From: Eledone cirrhosa
Taxonomy: Eukaryota
Direction: 5' to 3'
Assembly: GCA_964016885.1 (NCBI GenBank)
Contig: OZ024746.1
Span: 63,860,001 to 63,924,000, forward strand
DNA: 64,000 nucleotides
The notes below the pieces were generated by a model. The model ran no database searches. It saw only the letters and a program-made list of their open reading frames with translations, and had not been told where the DNA came from. The position numbers and the translations under genes were made by a program. Of the stretch, positions 43,088-57,447 are shown piece by piece; position 1 is the stretch's first letter, and the number at the start of each line of letters is the position of its first letter.

Positions 43088-43221
43088 ATATATTCACAAA
43101 CTTACATATAATTATTATAATATGATAATGATGATGGTATGTATGTGTGTATACATATGTATTAAAGAAGTGAGCAACTTTGTTTTGGCTGTCTGATGGA
43201 AATACTTGGTATATATATATA

Positions 43222-46200
43222 CTAGCAGAAGGCCCGGAGTTGCTCAGGATTCCAAACATAGATTGGCAAGTTTATCCCTCCTTTCTGAAACAGTTTCGTC
43301 GTATGTTCACCAATTGATGCAGAAGTCCTAATAAAAACTGAAGTCGCCTTGGGTGAATAGGCAAATCATTTTCCATTAAGATTTTTCAAAAGCATGTAAT
43401 TACGTTCCCTCTCTTTTTTGTTGTTGTTTTTTGCTGCTGTTGGTGTGATAACGGCCATTGTTCGTACTACTAACACAGTCTCGTCCTTTTTCAGCCAATC
43501 GTGTATATCCCCTTCTGCCTTGTCTACCTAAAAAATGATTGTAGCACCTCCTTGTACACAATGTTCCTTGTTCTTCCATGTCGGGCATATGCAAAGAGAT
43601 TTGTCTTGCTTCCCACTCTTGAGCAGCCAACGTATAGTTGCCCGTGTGAAAAACATGACTCTTCCAAAAGAAGACCAGTAACAGCTAGTGTCTGACCCTG
43701 GGATTTGTTGATAGACGTTGCAAAGCTGACACGAATTGGAAATTGAGGCCTCCAAAAGAAAAAAAGAATGGCTGCTCCTGATGGAATGAGAGGAACTCGT
43801 GGAATGAATACGTCGTCCCCTTGTCCACTTCCTGAAAGAATAGTAGCCTCGATAAGATGGGGCAGAAATTTTTTTACAACCAGTCGTGCGCCGTTGCATA
43901 GCTTTGGTGGCTCCAGATTCCGAAGCAGCATTATTGGAATTCGTTTCTTGAGCCGTAATATGTGTGGAGGAAGACCTGGAGGGTCCAATGAGTTCAGAAA
44001 ATCGGTGGGATAGTTTACCGCCTCACTATGATCTATCATTGTGTCAACGGACTTGCATATGTGAAGATGTCCTGGCAGAGACAGCGTTAGCTGGTCGTTC
44101 AGCTTGTTAATGGCGGTGTTCGAAAGAGTGAGAGTTGTAACATGTCGCCATAATGGTGAGGACTTAAGGCATGCTTGTACTTCATCTGCCCCTGTGCCTT
44201 TAGGAATGACAGGAAGAGTCTGCCTAAAATCACCAGACAGCAGAAGCGTTGCACCGCCCATTGGCGCCTGACAGTCTCTGATATCCTTCAGGTCTCTATC
44301 TAATGCCTCTAGGCATCCTCTGTGAGCCATAGTGCACTCATCTCATAGGATAAGGATACACCATCGGAGGACTTGTCCCTGGTCGGAACTCTTACTGATG
44401 TTGCAGGAATGCGTCTCAGAGGACGCTAAATTCAAGGGTAGTTTAATGTGGAGTGCGCTGTTCTACCACCTGGCAGCAAAGTAGCAGCAATCCCAGATGA
44501 GGCTACAGCTAACACGATGTCTCCGTGTTGTCTAACTTTCGTGAGGAGGACTTTGGTTAAAAATGTTTTCCCAGTACCACCAGGTGCATCCAAGAAGAAC
44601 ATGCCACCAGATCGACGACGCACGTTGTCAACAATACTGTTGCAAGCATTGCGTTGGTCTGGAAGCATTTGTGTTTCCATTTCATTGATGTATTGGGCAA
44701 GAGCAGCTATGTTGTAAGATGTTTCCTGTAGAACAGCTGTGGGAAGTGTGTCTAATCCTGACCGGAGTGTTTTGGGCAGACCGTATGTGGGCAAATCATT
44801 TCCGCCAAGTGAAACAATCCTGTCCTCTAGGTCAATTAGTGCTCGATTATAAACCTCTTTACTGGTGCCTTCCATATCCGGGTACTGCAATAGTGTCTGT
44901 TGTCTGAAGTCTTCCAAAAGGTCATCTCTATACTTAAGCCACAAAGAGTTTGGATTACTCATTTTGCATGTTTGAAGTAATACGGCAAACAGAGCCTGTA
45001 AACGTTGAGGTGATTCCGATGTAGCAGCCTCTAATAATGTATCACCCCACTGTGCACCATCTTCCAGCAGACCATGTTTGAAGCAGGCTTCCCTGTATGT
45101 GCCGCATACACAATCGTTGACTGGAAAGACTGGAAAGACTGCGGTTCCCTTACTCCATGCAGTAGCAGACGGAGGTAGAAGCATTCGTGGTGATTCGGGT
45201 GGACGGTGTAAACTCTTCCAAGACAACTGTCAAATTTTATGCCGGGATGCCCAACAGGTTGCCATTCTGTGCACCCATTGTTTTCTGGTCCACGTGTAAT
45301 AGGACTGCACTTGAGGGTACAGCAATGTTTGAGTGAACGGATCGTTCTGACATAGCTTGAAAAAGGCAGTGAGGGTGGTTTCTCGTGGTTCCTCCACCAT
45401 TTGAGCGGCATTAACATTGGTGAAGTAGACCCTTTGACCATTTTCCAAGTGGACTGCTCAATGGAAGGGCGCCTTTGGTGTATGGGAAAGCCAAAAATGT
45501 GCCAGAAGGCCTTGTTGCTGCTGATGTAATGGCCGACTTGATATTGCGTAACCTCATCCTGGCTGTTGTCCTGTTGAAGGCTGAACATAGCAGCATCTGA
45601 CCCCTTATTTACATACTTGCATATATATACTTGATCGACTTGACTGAATTGCAGAACTCCACATTGATATGGGCATTGAAGGTCTTGGATAGGAGTGGGC
45701 AGTACGGCACTATCCATCTGTTGTCAACTTCATGCTGTCCAACTGCTGCAGTAAAACCACCATCACCGGGTTTACGTCGCCTGTAAAGTGGATATCCATC
45801 AATGCCAGTCTGAGTTTCTGGTAGAAACTTCCTCGGAAACTGTTTGCTGCATATGCTGTCTTTCAAGCAAGGTGAGTTTAAATTAAAACCACGTCCACAG
45901 GGGCCGTGCACCATGTTTTTTTTGTCACTATGTCGTGGAGGTAATTGTCGGTAGATGGATGAGGGATTTCGACGGAGATGATTTTGTCAATGTCGTTGGA
46001 AGCGATCTTAGTGGACAGCCAAATGAAGATATGAGCATGGGGGAGGCCTCTTTTTTGCCACTCTACGGTGTACATGTCACACTTAACTGGTCCAAACACT
46101 TGTTCTTTCTTGATGAGTTCCAAGAGGTTGATTAGTTTCAACCGGAAGACTCGGGCCAGTATGTCGTGTCGGTCTTTGGCCTGTTGACCCTGGTAGAGTT

Positions 46201-48245
46201 CTACCTCAATCTCTTTCCACTTGGGATTGCACGTGAAAGTTATGAACGGTCAGGCCTACCATAATGCCGTACGTAAGTCATAGCATCTTGCGTCCTCTCG
46301 TGCATATAGCGCGGACTTTCGGTGAAAGTGGACGGTAGGATGCAGAGTTTTCCTACGCTGGTGGGGGCTGCATCATTGTTGATGGCATCGCGGAGATGGA
46401 TGTAGCTATCGGAACGCAGTTGCCTCTGTTGTCACTATATGAAGCACAATCTCTCCGATTCCATTTTCCCGCACATATCAACGGCGAATTGCTGAAAGAG
46501 GTCTCTTGACTGGTGCAGGTGGTTGAAGGATTTGAGTAGAAGTCCATGCAGAAAACGGTTTTCTTGGCGGAATGCCCAGGGTTTTCTGGATTATGCTGTG
46601 GAAGACCTAATCGGTATCCGTCCTTTCCATGCACAAATAGAAGCGGGTACTGAAGGGTGTCATAAGATCTATGGGTTTCACTTATATGCTGAAGTGTGTT
46701 ATCCCATCGCCTGAGAACAATGTCTTGTGGGTTGTGCTGATTGCCATGGAGAAGGACTGCGATTTCATTGCAAGCCTGTTTGAGGTGTCAATGACCACAT
46801 TAAAGTCTGATGCAGGAGCTGATTCCGAGGCATATTTGAAACTGATGATATAGCTGTTGTTTGTGTGCAATATGCCTTGTGGAGTTCCGCATGGCTGCCT
46901 GTTCGCTGATATTCCCAACAAAGTAAAGTTGAAGAAATTGAGGAACTTGATTGGCGGTAGGCTGGGTTGATCCAATTCTTTGGTACACCTGCCCTTGCAC
47001 TTTAAATGTGGGCATAAATCCACGCTCTTTGACAATATTTGCCCCGAAAGATGTCATCTGGAAGGCGCAATTGTACTTCTTGATATTTTTCAGGAAATGA
47101 TTTGATTCGGCAATTGTGCCTGCAAGAAGGAGCTTCAACCGCTGTGGTGGATCATCCAGTTGGTGCAGTTTGACCTTCCCGTTTGCGCTGCACATACCAG
47201 GTGTTTCGCCTGACCACTTTTTAGCATTGCAAAAAGAGCACGATTTTGACATACTTCCAAGTATCATGTCTGAGTGGCCGCCATAGTCGAAGTCGGGGTT
47301 GTACTCGAAGGCTTTGAAGGCCCATTGTGAGCTGCATGGCTTTGAAATGCCCTGCCTAAAGGCTCTTCGTTGAGCATTACTTTCTAGTTGATTATCACGT
47401 TCTTGCGAGGTCTGATGATGTTTTCGCTGGTCTTCTGTCTCGGCTGCTCGTGCAGCAGAAGTTGATGTAGCATCAGCGGTTTTGCGAATGGTTCATTGGT
47501 TGTATGTTTCAAGTGCTCTTCTGGTGGCACTACGTTCAGCATCTTGTGACAGTCGAATAGCAGATTCCACTGACGATTCGTTTGCCCGCCTTGTTCTTTT
47601 TCTTGCCGCTTTTGCAGTATTTCGGCCAATGGAGTATCTCTTCCTTCGAGGCATTGTCTAAAAGTAGGATGAAGTACACTAAGACTAACTGGTAGAGTAA
47701 GGAGTAGACTCCTCAGTGAAGCATGTGATTTCCGAACTGTTGACTATGTAATTGCTGGGCTTGTTTGTTTATATTTTGTTTTTGTGTATGCAAAAATATC
47801 TGTACACGAATATATATATTAAAATAACAGATTAAAGTTTCACCCTTTACGGGATCTTCTGAAACTAAAAAAAAATCAATCTGTTAACGCAGAAGTAAAT
47901 ATTTCGAAAAACATTACACACACTATATATATATATATATATACACACACACAGATTGCAAACTCAATGTCGTAATGCAGACAGCCAGACATACAGACAG
48001 ATATTATAAGGGCGCGACATTATAGCTATGTATCTATCTAAAAAGACAGACTAAGAAAGACAGAGAGATCGCTAAATCGCCTAATGCGATCCCTAGGGCA
48101 TTGAAAATTTGAAATTTCTTTTGCTCAAAACACTCACACGACCATAAGTATTACATGTGTAAAGTTTGAAAACAATCGGTTGGGTGGTTCTCGAGTTTTA
48201 GGGAGTCAGACAGACAGACAGACATTCTCTGTTTTATATATATAT
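43222..48245 (-). mobile_element. Helitron, near full-length, inserted in (TA)n
   Basis: 5' ATATATAAAACAGAGAAT(GTCT)n; 3' cctgagcaactccggg hairpin plus CTAG; Rep/helicase remnants inside. Confidence 0.92.
43524..47654 (-). pseudogene. Helitron RepHel (HUH Rep + PIF1 helicase), multiple frameshifts
   Basis: [84 protein letters not shown]. Confidence 0.95.
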
Positions 48246-48255
48246 ATATATATAT

Positions 48256-48679
48256 ATAATATAAGATCAAAAGATGGTTAAAGGAGTTCCATGTATTTTA
48301 TTATGCGCATTTCAAAAACAAACATCATCATGCAATAATATTTGTGTTTTCATCAGATAAAACAGGAGAACATGATATGAAGGCTAAAAAACACTTGTGG
48401 ATAGTGCAGTTTTAAATCAACATATCAACATATGTTGATTTAAAACTGCACTATCCACAAGTGTTTTTTAGCCTTCATATCATGTTCTGTTTTATCTGAT
48501 GAAAACACAAATATTATTGCATGATGATGTTTGTTTTTGAAATGCGCATAATAAAATACATGGAACTCCTTTAACCATCTTTTGATCTTATATTATGTAT
48601 ACTCCAGTCCTACAAACTGTAGAGTGCTTCTTATCCGATATCTGCATTGCTTTATTGTACTACAATAAAACTCACCTCC

Positions 48680-48685
<6 letters not shown>
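48256..48685. mobile_element. pLTR-type fold-back element (palindrome 48256-48596) in (TA)n
   Basis: Near-perfect arms centred at ~48428; the right arm continues ~90 bp with a gagtgctt motif. Confidence 0.8.
48490..48556 (+). ncRNA. Type-I hammerhead ribozyme motif
   Basis: ttttat-CTGATGA-aaacacaaatattattgcatgatgatgtttgttttt-GAAAT-gcgc-ATA-ataaaa. Confidence 0.75.
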
Positions 48686-48715
<30 letters not shown>

Positions 48716-49614
48716 GTAAACAGAAATAACAACACAATCGGTACAGTATATGGAAGGGATATATTAGGTTAACGCTTGATATAGCAGGAAGAGGGTCTTA
48801 ATGTTTCACACGCTAGTCCTTCATCAGAAGAAAGAATGAGAAATTAGATAGATTGAGGGGACGGGCGGGTTGGAATTGGAAAAAAATGTCTTTAGATAAA
48901 AATAACAGGTCCATTCATGTCGACATGTTGGTGTTGACGTTTTGTGTATGATTTATTTTTTAGAAAAGTGGATGATTGAGCGTGTCTACCTGAAATGGAA
49001 AAAAAAAACGTTTTGTAAAAGGAGCTATACTTGAGCACGTGCGTAAGCATGTGTTTTTTTGTGTGTGTATGTGTGTGTGTGTGTGTTATACGTCTGTACG
49101 AAGCTAAGAAGAAAAGTATGTGTATATGTGAGTAAAAGAGTGTGTGTGCATGTAATTACGAAGCTATGAGCAAAAGTATGTTAATATAAGAGTGTGTATG
49201 TGTGTATACAGAGCAGTGAAGGGAAAAGTGGAGTGAGCATATATAGTTGGCATTAGTTGTAAGAGAAGCTGCTAGATATAGATATCTAGTCTAAAGTCTG
49301 TCTTAAGCCAGAAGGCTCATCAGGCCGGTACTTATCCTGGTTTCATGGCATGAAGCGACTGAGAGAACAAGATTGCCCCTGGGCAAGAAGCCAGTCCATC
49401 GCAGGGTTAAACCCCCAGCTATTGCTGGTACTAATTTTCAGCTGAGTATACTGGAGCAACGTGAAATGAAGTATTTTCCTCAAGAACACAACACACAACC
49501 CAGGAATTGAACCCACGACATGATGATTGTAAGCCCAACACCCTTACTATTAGGCCACATGCTTCCACTCATACACACACAAACACACACACACACACAC
49601 ACATACACTGAATA

Positions 49615-50805
49615 TTTCCATCAGATGGTTTGCTGCCAAAACAAAGGTGTTCACTTCTTTAATACATGAATTTTTTATGTGGATGATTGAGACATTGTAG
49701 CTCACTCAGAGTGACAGGCAACAGTTGGATTTTATTTTCAGAAGCATGCACTGCATTGGGCCTGGCATTCAGTCAGGCCAAAACAGTTGTCATGTATCAA
49801 CCTGCTCTGGGCAAGGACAAAACATTGAAGGTTGTGGATAAATTTGTGTATTTAGGCAGCCCAGTTAACATGTGAAACACCCTTGATAATGAAATCTCAT
49901 TACAACTACAGAAAGCAAGTGATTCTTTTGGTAAATTAGATGAGTGTCTCTGGCGTTGATGTGGGATTTCCATTGATACAAAGTTAAAGGTGTGCAGACC
50001 ATATGTATTGTCTTCATTGATGCATATGTGTGAAACTTGGGTCACACACTATAAAAATGCTTGAACTTTTTCATCAACAACGAATACTCAGTATCCATTG
50101 GTAATCACATATGAGTAATGTTGAAGTGCTGGAATGAAGTCATTTTGAATGTATTGAATCTCTCATAATTCAATATAAATTGTGCTGTTGCAGCTATTTT
50201 GTAAAAATGCCAGATCATGTTATTCCTAAGCTGTTACTGTATGGTGAGTTAGTCAAAAGCAAAAGGCCAATGCGTAAACAAAAACCCAGGTATAAGACTT
50301 CATTAAAAGAGCTTTGACAAAAATAAGAGAAGATAACTGGAAAGACATTGCCTTAGATTAATCATCCTGGAGGAAAACAGTGTTTAATGAAAAACAGGAA
50401 TCTGAAAAATTGAAGACGGGTCTGTGTCAGAGTCTACATGATGTTACTTGACTTGGATTTTCAGATACTCAAAATGACTATGTTCAATGAATGTGGCCAA
50501 ATTTCTCACAGTAAAGCTCGTCTTAGAAGTCAACGTAGAAACCATGTAAAAAATGTTGCTGATTATGGTCTCTTTCTTCCTGTCGGAAGTGTAGAAAACA
50601 ATGGGCCTTAGTCAGTGAACCACAACATCATTTGAAAACTCACAACAAAATAGCAAACCATAATGGAAGTAATGTTTATCACTGCAACATATACAACAAG
50701 GAATGTAAATCCTTGGCAGGGCTAAAGATTCATGTTCGTGCCACCCATGTGTGACAGGGAGATCAAATGGTGGAATTTCTTGAAATTGAGATGCAGCCAC
50801 CATAT
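49615..50805 (+). mobile_element. Decayed RTE-BovB-type LINE 3' half with C2H2-like fingers
   Basis: [60 protein letters not shown]; many stops. Confidence 0.8.
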
Positions 50806-50913
50806 ACAAATATATATATATACACACATACACACATGCGTATATATATACATACATATATACATTCACACATGCGTATATATATATATATATATACATA
50901 CATACATACATGC

Positions 50914-50968
<55 letters not shown>

Positions 50969-51875
50969 CATATATATATATATATGCAGAGGTTATATTG
51001 AATTTGTTGGGATTCAACAAGCTTGAAAATTTTATAACTGATATAAACCACTCAACAGATTAGTGGAGTGAATATTCAATATATTAATAAATGGAAACTA
51101 TATTAAATAAAATAATTATGGTTTTATAAATATAGTTTCCATTTATTAATATATTGTATATATATATCTTTGCTTCGTACATCCTGGTTTACAGAAATGA
51201 CACATCATATGCCTATATGCCATAAAAGGCAGCAAAAAGCATTAATGTAGTTTGAAAGAGGGTGGAAAAGGGAAGTAATTCACTCGCCTCTTCAAAAAGA
51301 CATTCAGCCCGGAAATTTAAATTTAGATTTAAATTCAAATTCCAGGAGTTAATATACTAATAGTTTGACGAAATTACAATACTACGAAATATTTCGCACA
51401 CACATGCTACTGAAAGATCGTGCCACACATCCTGTCCTACTCAATGTTATCATTGTTGTAGACAACATAGACAGTCTTTTTATCACTTTTAATAATCTAT
51501 AATGTCTTTCTAAGTTTACATATATATAAGAAAAAATTAGAAAAACAGTATAGATTATTGTTATATCAGTAAAGTGTTAAAGAGACTAGAACAAAGATAT
51601 TTGTTTAAATAATCATGAACAGATGCCTAATTCACCATTACTGATATCTGGAAAATGATTCACACATTCATATGTCGTAATTGGAAATATTCAAAATAAA
51701 ATGGAAATATGTAGGCAGATGCCATATAATGGCCAAGTGTGGTTGTCTAAGACCTCCACAAGCGATTGGTATCTGATAATTAATAATTCATCTACACAGC
51801 TGATGTAATTAAGCAAATATATATATCAAATTTGGTGGTGGAGGTTAAGGGGGAAAACGTTTCACTCACACCTGC

Positions 51876-51905
<30 letters not shown>

Positions 51906-51907
<2 letters not shown>

Positions 51908-52355
51908 AAAGTTCTATTTAAAATTGTTGGGATACAACAAGTAAATATTTTTATAACTGATATAAAGCACTCGACAAATTTTTGGAGTAGATATACGATA
52001 TTAATAAATGGAAACTATATTTATAAAACCATATTTATTTCATTATACATATTTCAGGGATACCACATTAAATTATGGTATGCCTTCATCAGACAAAATA
52101 CAATATATAACAGTTTTACAAATAGGTTTGACGTACCCTTTAAAATACAACCATTACTTTTGGACATACTTACTATCCAGACAGCCTCCAAAAGTAATGG
52201 TTGTATTTTAAAGGGTACGTCAAACCTATTTGTAAAACTGTTATATATTGTATTTTGTCTGATGAAGGCATACCATAATTTAATGTGGTATCCCTGAAAT
52301 ATGTATAATGAAATAAATATGGTTTTATAAATATAGTTTCCATTTATTAATATCG

Positions 52356-52360
<5 letters not shown>
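51906..52360. mobile_element. pLTR fold-back (arms 51991-52164/52187-52360) in (TA)n
   Basis: Essentially perfect 174-bp arms with a 22-nt spacer; homologous to the PLE termini at 25396-25684. Confidence 0.85.
52251..52315 (+). ncRNA. Type-I hammerhead ribozyme motif
   Basis: tattttgt-CTGATGA-aggcataccat..gtggtatccct-GAAAT-atgt-ATA-atgaaata. Confidence 0.75.
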
Positions 52361-52387
<27 letters not shown>

Positions 52388-52654
52388 CAGTTGTAGCACT
52401 GTATGTGCCTGTGTGAGTGTATTTGTGCATGTGTATATACATGTGGGTGTATGTATGTGTTCATATGTGTATGTAAGTATGTCTGCACGTATGTGCATGT
52501 ATGTGAATGTGTCTGTGAATGCTTGTGTGTGCATGTGTGTATATGTGTGTATCTGCCTGTGTATATGTGTGTGTAGTGTGTGTGTGTGTGGTGTGTGGAC
52601 TGTGGCTATGTTGTTGGTGTGTGTGTGTGGTGTGTGGACTGTGGCTATGTTGTT

Positions 52655-52693
<39 letters not shown>

Positions 52694-53355
52694 TATGTGG
52701 ACTGCAGCTATGTTGTTGGTGTGTGTGTGTATGTGTGTGGTGTGTGGACTGTGGCTATGCTGTTGGTCTGTGTGTGAATTGTGGCTATGTATATACATCA
52801 AAACCTCGGCATATTTTTCCCACAATGGTTTTCTTAGCCTGTCACACACGACCTCCAAAAGACTAACCTGTGTCGACAGAATAAAAAACCTAGATAATGT
52901 TCTATTGTAGGAAGCTTTTGGTGCTAGTGTTCAGATGAAAAGGCCATCTGTTTAACGTTTCTGGTCAACCTAATTCTTATATACACAAGCGATTTTCGAC
53001 CCCCAAAGCAGATTTTGCTTTTTGATTCAGCAAAATACAGTCTGCCTGCTAAATCTGCAACAGATAGTTTTGTTTGGCCAGCATAACAATGTAACCAGAC
53101 ACATAGACAAACACAGTCACCAGCCAGCGCTGCTGGAATCAGCACAAGATGAGTTTGCCACCAGGTTAGTAAAATTTACTACTATGTATTTCTACACATA
53201 ACATACTGCATTCATACTTGGTTTTTTTCCATTGTTCATTGCTGCACATGGTTTCAAAGTAAATCATGTTACAAATAAAAACATTGAAAATAGCAGTGTC
53301 TTGTTCATTTGATAATTCTTATCCATGTTATTTTGGAAAATCATCTTCCCTCTTG

Positions 53356-53391
<36 letters not shown>

Positions 53392-53854
53392 AAGAGAGAG
53401 AGAGAGAGGGAGAGAGGGAGAGAGAGAGGGAGAGAGAGAGGGAGAGAGCAGGGAGAGAGCAGGGGTGGTCTTCTCGTTCTGCATGAATATAAATAAAATG
53501 GATGCATGAGCTTATGTACATATATATGCATATACAGGCTGCTATATAAACTATTATAAAGATGATAATACATTGTAATAGTGGTAGAAATGTGGGCCAG
53601 AGGGTGGAATGTGTGACATTTTTTCTAGATGTGTTCTATGATGTCTGTGGCCTTACAGGGACAATGTGTTAAAGAGTTTCAGTAATCATATTGACACCAA
53701 TATTCATTAATGTTCTCTTTTTACTAAACTAGTACTTTACAGGACAACAACAAGAACATACACACTGAATATAAACATGTTTGAAATAATATATTTATGC
53801 AGAATTGCAATTATTGCTTGTCAAGAAATTGTCCACCAATTGAGTCATCACTTT

Positions 53855-53882
53855 CCTGAGCAATGCCAGGTACTACTGCTAG
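53855..53882 (+). mobile_element. Helitron 3' end remnant
   Basis: cctgagcaatgccagg-tactactg-CTAG-T, similar to the ends at 43222 and 40600. Confidence 0.55.
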
Positions 53883-54486
53883 TTATTTATATTCTCTAAG
53901 TAATCAACATAACATTGCTGCAAATTTTAAAGCACATAAAACACAAAAACTAAAACACAAATAGTAAAACTGGCATGGTTCCCGCTTTTGCTGAGTAAGT
54001 TTTTCTTAAAAAGTTATTGAGCAAAGTCTGTAACACAGGTTTAAAATAGGTTGTTGTTCCTAACATGAATTTATCTCATAAAAACCATCAAAGTCTGATT
54101 CATCATATGACTCAAAATAATTTCAGCCATTGTTCTTGATTTAACTTTTTATTAGTATCTCAACCTATTATTTCCTCATCTTCTTCATCTAAACTTGCAG
54201 TAGTGTCTGCAGTTGAATCCTGATTATTCCATAGCAGATTCAATATATTTCTGGTATGAGTTATTAAAAAAAGCTCTCGAAAATCATGTTTCAGGTAAAG
54301 GATTCCAAACTATTTTAACTCTTAATGTCTTGTACTGTATGAAACTGCATTAGCAGGACATTCTTCAAACATATAAAACAGCACTATAGATAACAGCATA
54401 ATGAATATGAGTACTTATTCTAGTTTGCTGAAAATGTTCACAACAATATGTTCAATAGCAGAGATACTATAAACATTTGAATTAAC

Positions 54487-54911
54487 AAGAGTTATCACAG
54501 TCCTTAAAAGTTGAAAGGAACTAGCCAGTATCTGGGAGAAATAAGGTTCAATTTCTTGTAGCAGCCAATGGCAACTTCTTTTTCCAGTCTTTAAAGGTCT
54601 TCACCCTATTTTATAAGCTATTTTACAGCATCTTCATGCATGAGCACATCACTCTTTATAATAACTGTATTCCTTCAGCACTTTGTAAAAGTCCGAGAGA
54701 TCAACTATGTATAACAATGTTTATTGACATTTAAAAACTGTGATTCAGCTACCCAATTTAAGATGGTAAGAGTTGTCATGGTCCCTTGGCTTAATAGTTC
54801 AAAGCACCTGGCCAGTATCTGGGAGATATTAGGTTCAATTTCTCATAACAACCAATAGCAACTGCTTTTATAAGCTATTCTATAGCATCTCCATGCATGA
54901 GCACACCACTA
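54487..54911. repeat. Diverged direct duplication (54487-54656 / 54768-54911)
   Basis: gccagtatctgggaga..aggttcaatttct...tttataagctatt..catgcatgagcaca occurs twice. Confidence 0.8.
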
Positions 54912-55997
54912 TATATATATATAACCCATGCCAGCATGGAAAAATGGACTTTAAATGGTGGTGGTGGTGGTGATACACATATATTTCCTTTATTAAGGCC
55001 AAGTTTGAGTTTTGTTACTCTGGAATTTCTCTTGTGTATTCACGGACTCATCAGGCAAGACTAGAAAAACATTTCACGTATGAAGGACAGATCAACCTAA
55101 GACTATGGTATGAGACATCTACCCAGGGTGTTGCAGGAGTATGATTGAACCATATAGTTGCAAAACAAACTTATAAACCTAGGGCCATACTAATCAATAA
55201 CAATTATAACTTTGCTTTAAGTACCCACAGTTAAGAACTTCTAACATTCAAAGTAATTTTCATATGCTAAATATATTCAATGCAAAGCTTTAGTTGGATT
55301 ATAAAACTTGAAGAATATATTGAGTAGTGAAGATAAATTTAGAATTGTGACATCCATATCTTTCCCAGGAATATTAAATCATTTGTTAAACCAATTCTTG
55401 TGGGAAGAAAACAATGAAATGAATTCTTTATGTTTGAACAATAGGGATTAGAATTTAGCATTGGAAAATATAATTGTGAGCAGGTAATAATAATATCTGG
55501 CAATGTTGCAACTTTTTCAGTCATGTTAATCAGATTTTTCAGAACTGTTAGTAATTTTTTGTTCTTTTCTACATATTAGTTATTTAGGTTTTATATGGTT
55601 ATGGTAAAATATGAAACATTTCTAACCAGGAATTGAAACCAAACTCATGATTCCTTTTTACAGGTAAATCACCATTTACCTGTAAAAAGAATGGAAATAT
55701 GGAGCTAGGGAAATAGTGTGGGAAAATATGACACTTTGAAGCTAGAAACAATTATATATAATATGGAAAGGATGAAAGGCAAAGTTGAACTTGGCAGGAA
55801 TTGAACTATGAGTACACGTTCTGAGTGAATATTTGTGACTTATGGCAAATGAATTGTGTGTGTCTCTCAGTGAGTTGAGATTTATGGTTGCCATAGCCAA
55901 TAGTCAATGAAAAATAACAAAATGCTGCTACTTTAATAATTTCTATTAAGATATATAGGGAGCTCATAGATAGGACAACACACGGTTTTTCGTGGGA

Positions 55998-56817
55998 GTA
56001 AGTTTTTATTAATTTTCGTATTCTGAAAGACCAACATACAACAATAATTTTCACTCATTGGAAGCCAGGAAACGTTCTGAGAAAAGCTGTGAAAGCTACA
56101 GAAATAGTCCATATATTCTTCCAGAGCAATCTCTATTTAAAAATTTACATTTTATGCTTACATGTCCGCCATTGCAAAAGGCCATAAATTCAAAATTTTG
56201 GGGGTAAGTTTTTATTAATTTTCGTATTCTGAAAGACCAACATACAACAATAATTTTTGCTCATTGGAAGCCGGGAAAAGTTCTGAGAAAAGCTGTGAAA
56301 GCTACAGAAATATTCCATATATTCTTCCAGAGCAATCTCTATTTAAAAATTTACATTTTATGCTTACATGTCCGCCATTGCAAAAGGCCATAAATTCAAA
56401 ATTTTGGGGGTAAGTTTTTATTAATTTTCGTATTCTGAAAGACCAACATACAACAATAATTTTTGCTCATTGGAAGCCGGGAAAAGTTCTGAGAAAAGCT
56501 GTGAAAGCTACAGAAATATTCCATATATTCTTCCAGAGCAATCTCTATTTAAAAATTTACATTTTATGCTTACATGTCCGCCATTGCAAAAGGCCATAAA
56601 TTCAAAATTTTGGGGGTAAGTTTTTATTAATTTTCGTATTCTGAAAGACCAACATACAACAATAATTTTTGCTCATTGGAAGCCGGGAAAAGTTCTGAGA
56701 AAAGCTGTGAAAGCTACGGAAATATTCCATATATTCTTCCAGAGCAATCTCTATTTAAAAATTTACATTTTACGCTTACTTGTCCGCCATTGCAAAAGGC
56801 CATACATTCAAATTTTG
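55998..56817. repeat. 206-bp tandem repeat, 4 copies
   Basis: gtaagtttttattaattttcg at 55998, 56204, 56410, 56616. Confidence 0.95.
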
Positions 56818-56991
56818 AAAAGAGAGGAAAAGAGACAAGTGAACTATGAACTTGTACATCTCAATGACCCCCGCCACCACAATAACAATAACGTCTACAC
56901 TCGCTCCCCACCATCACCACATAACTCATTACCCTATCTAAGCTGGCTGACCTGTTGACTCTTGACATACTGCTAACTCCTTTGATGTATG

Positions 56992-57054
<63 letters not shown>

Positions 57055-57099
57055 ATATATGTATGTATATGTATATCTCAGTGGATGCGACCAGATTTC

Positions 57100-57272
57100 A
57101 ACACAGCAACAACTACAACATCAACTATAACAACAGCGACATCAACAACAACAACAACAGCAGCAACAACACCATTGTCTGTGTTGAATGTGTGTGTATG
57201 TATTTATATATATGCGACTATAATAACAGCAACAGCATTGGTGAAATGAAGAACAGCAACAACGGCAGCAGC

Positions 57273-57303
<31 letters not shown>

Positions 57304-57403
57304 GCACCATTGTCTGTGTTGAATGTGTGTATGTATGTATTTACATATATGCGAGTACAATAACAACAACAGCACCATTGTCTGCAGCATCAGTGAAATG
57401 AAG

Positions 57404-57447
<44 letters not shown>

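Noticed and set aside
55654-55689. 16-bp perfect hairpin as a terminator or miRNA
   Set aside because: Eukaryotic context and too short; probably a local fold-back repair scar
55998-56817. Repeated exons (units begin GTAAGT)
   Set aside because: No consistent frame or acceptor site; a simple 206-bp satellite is more parsimonious
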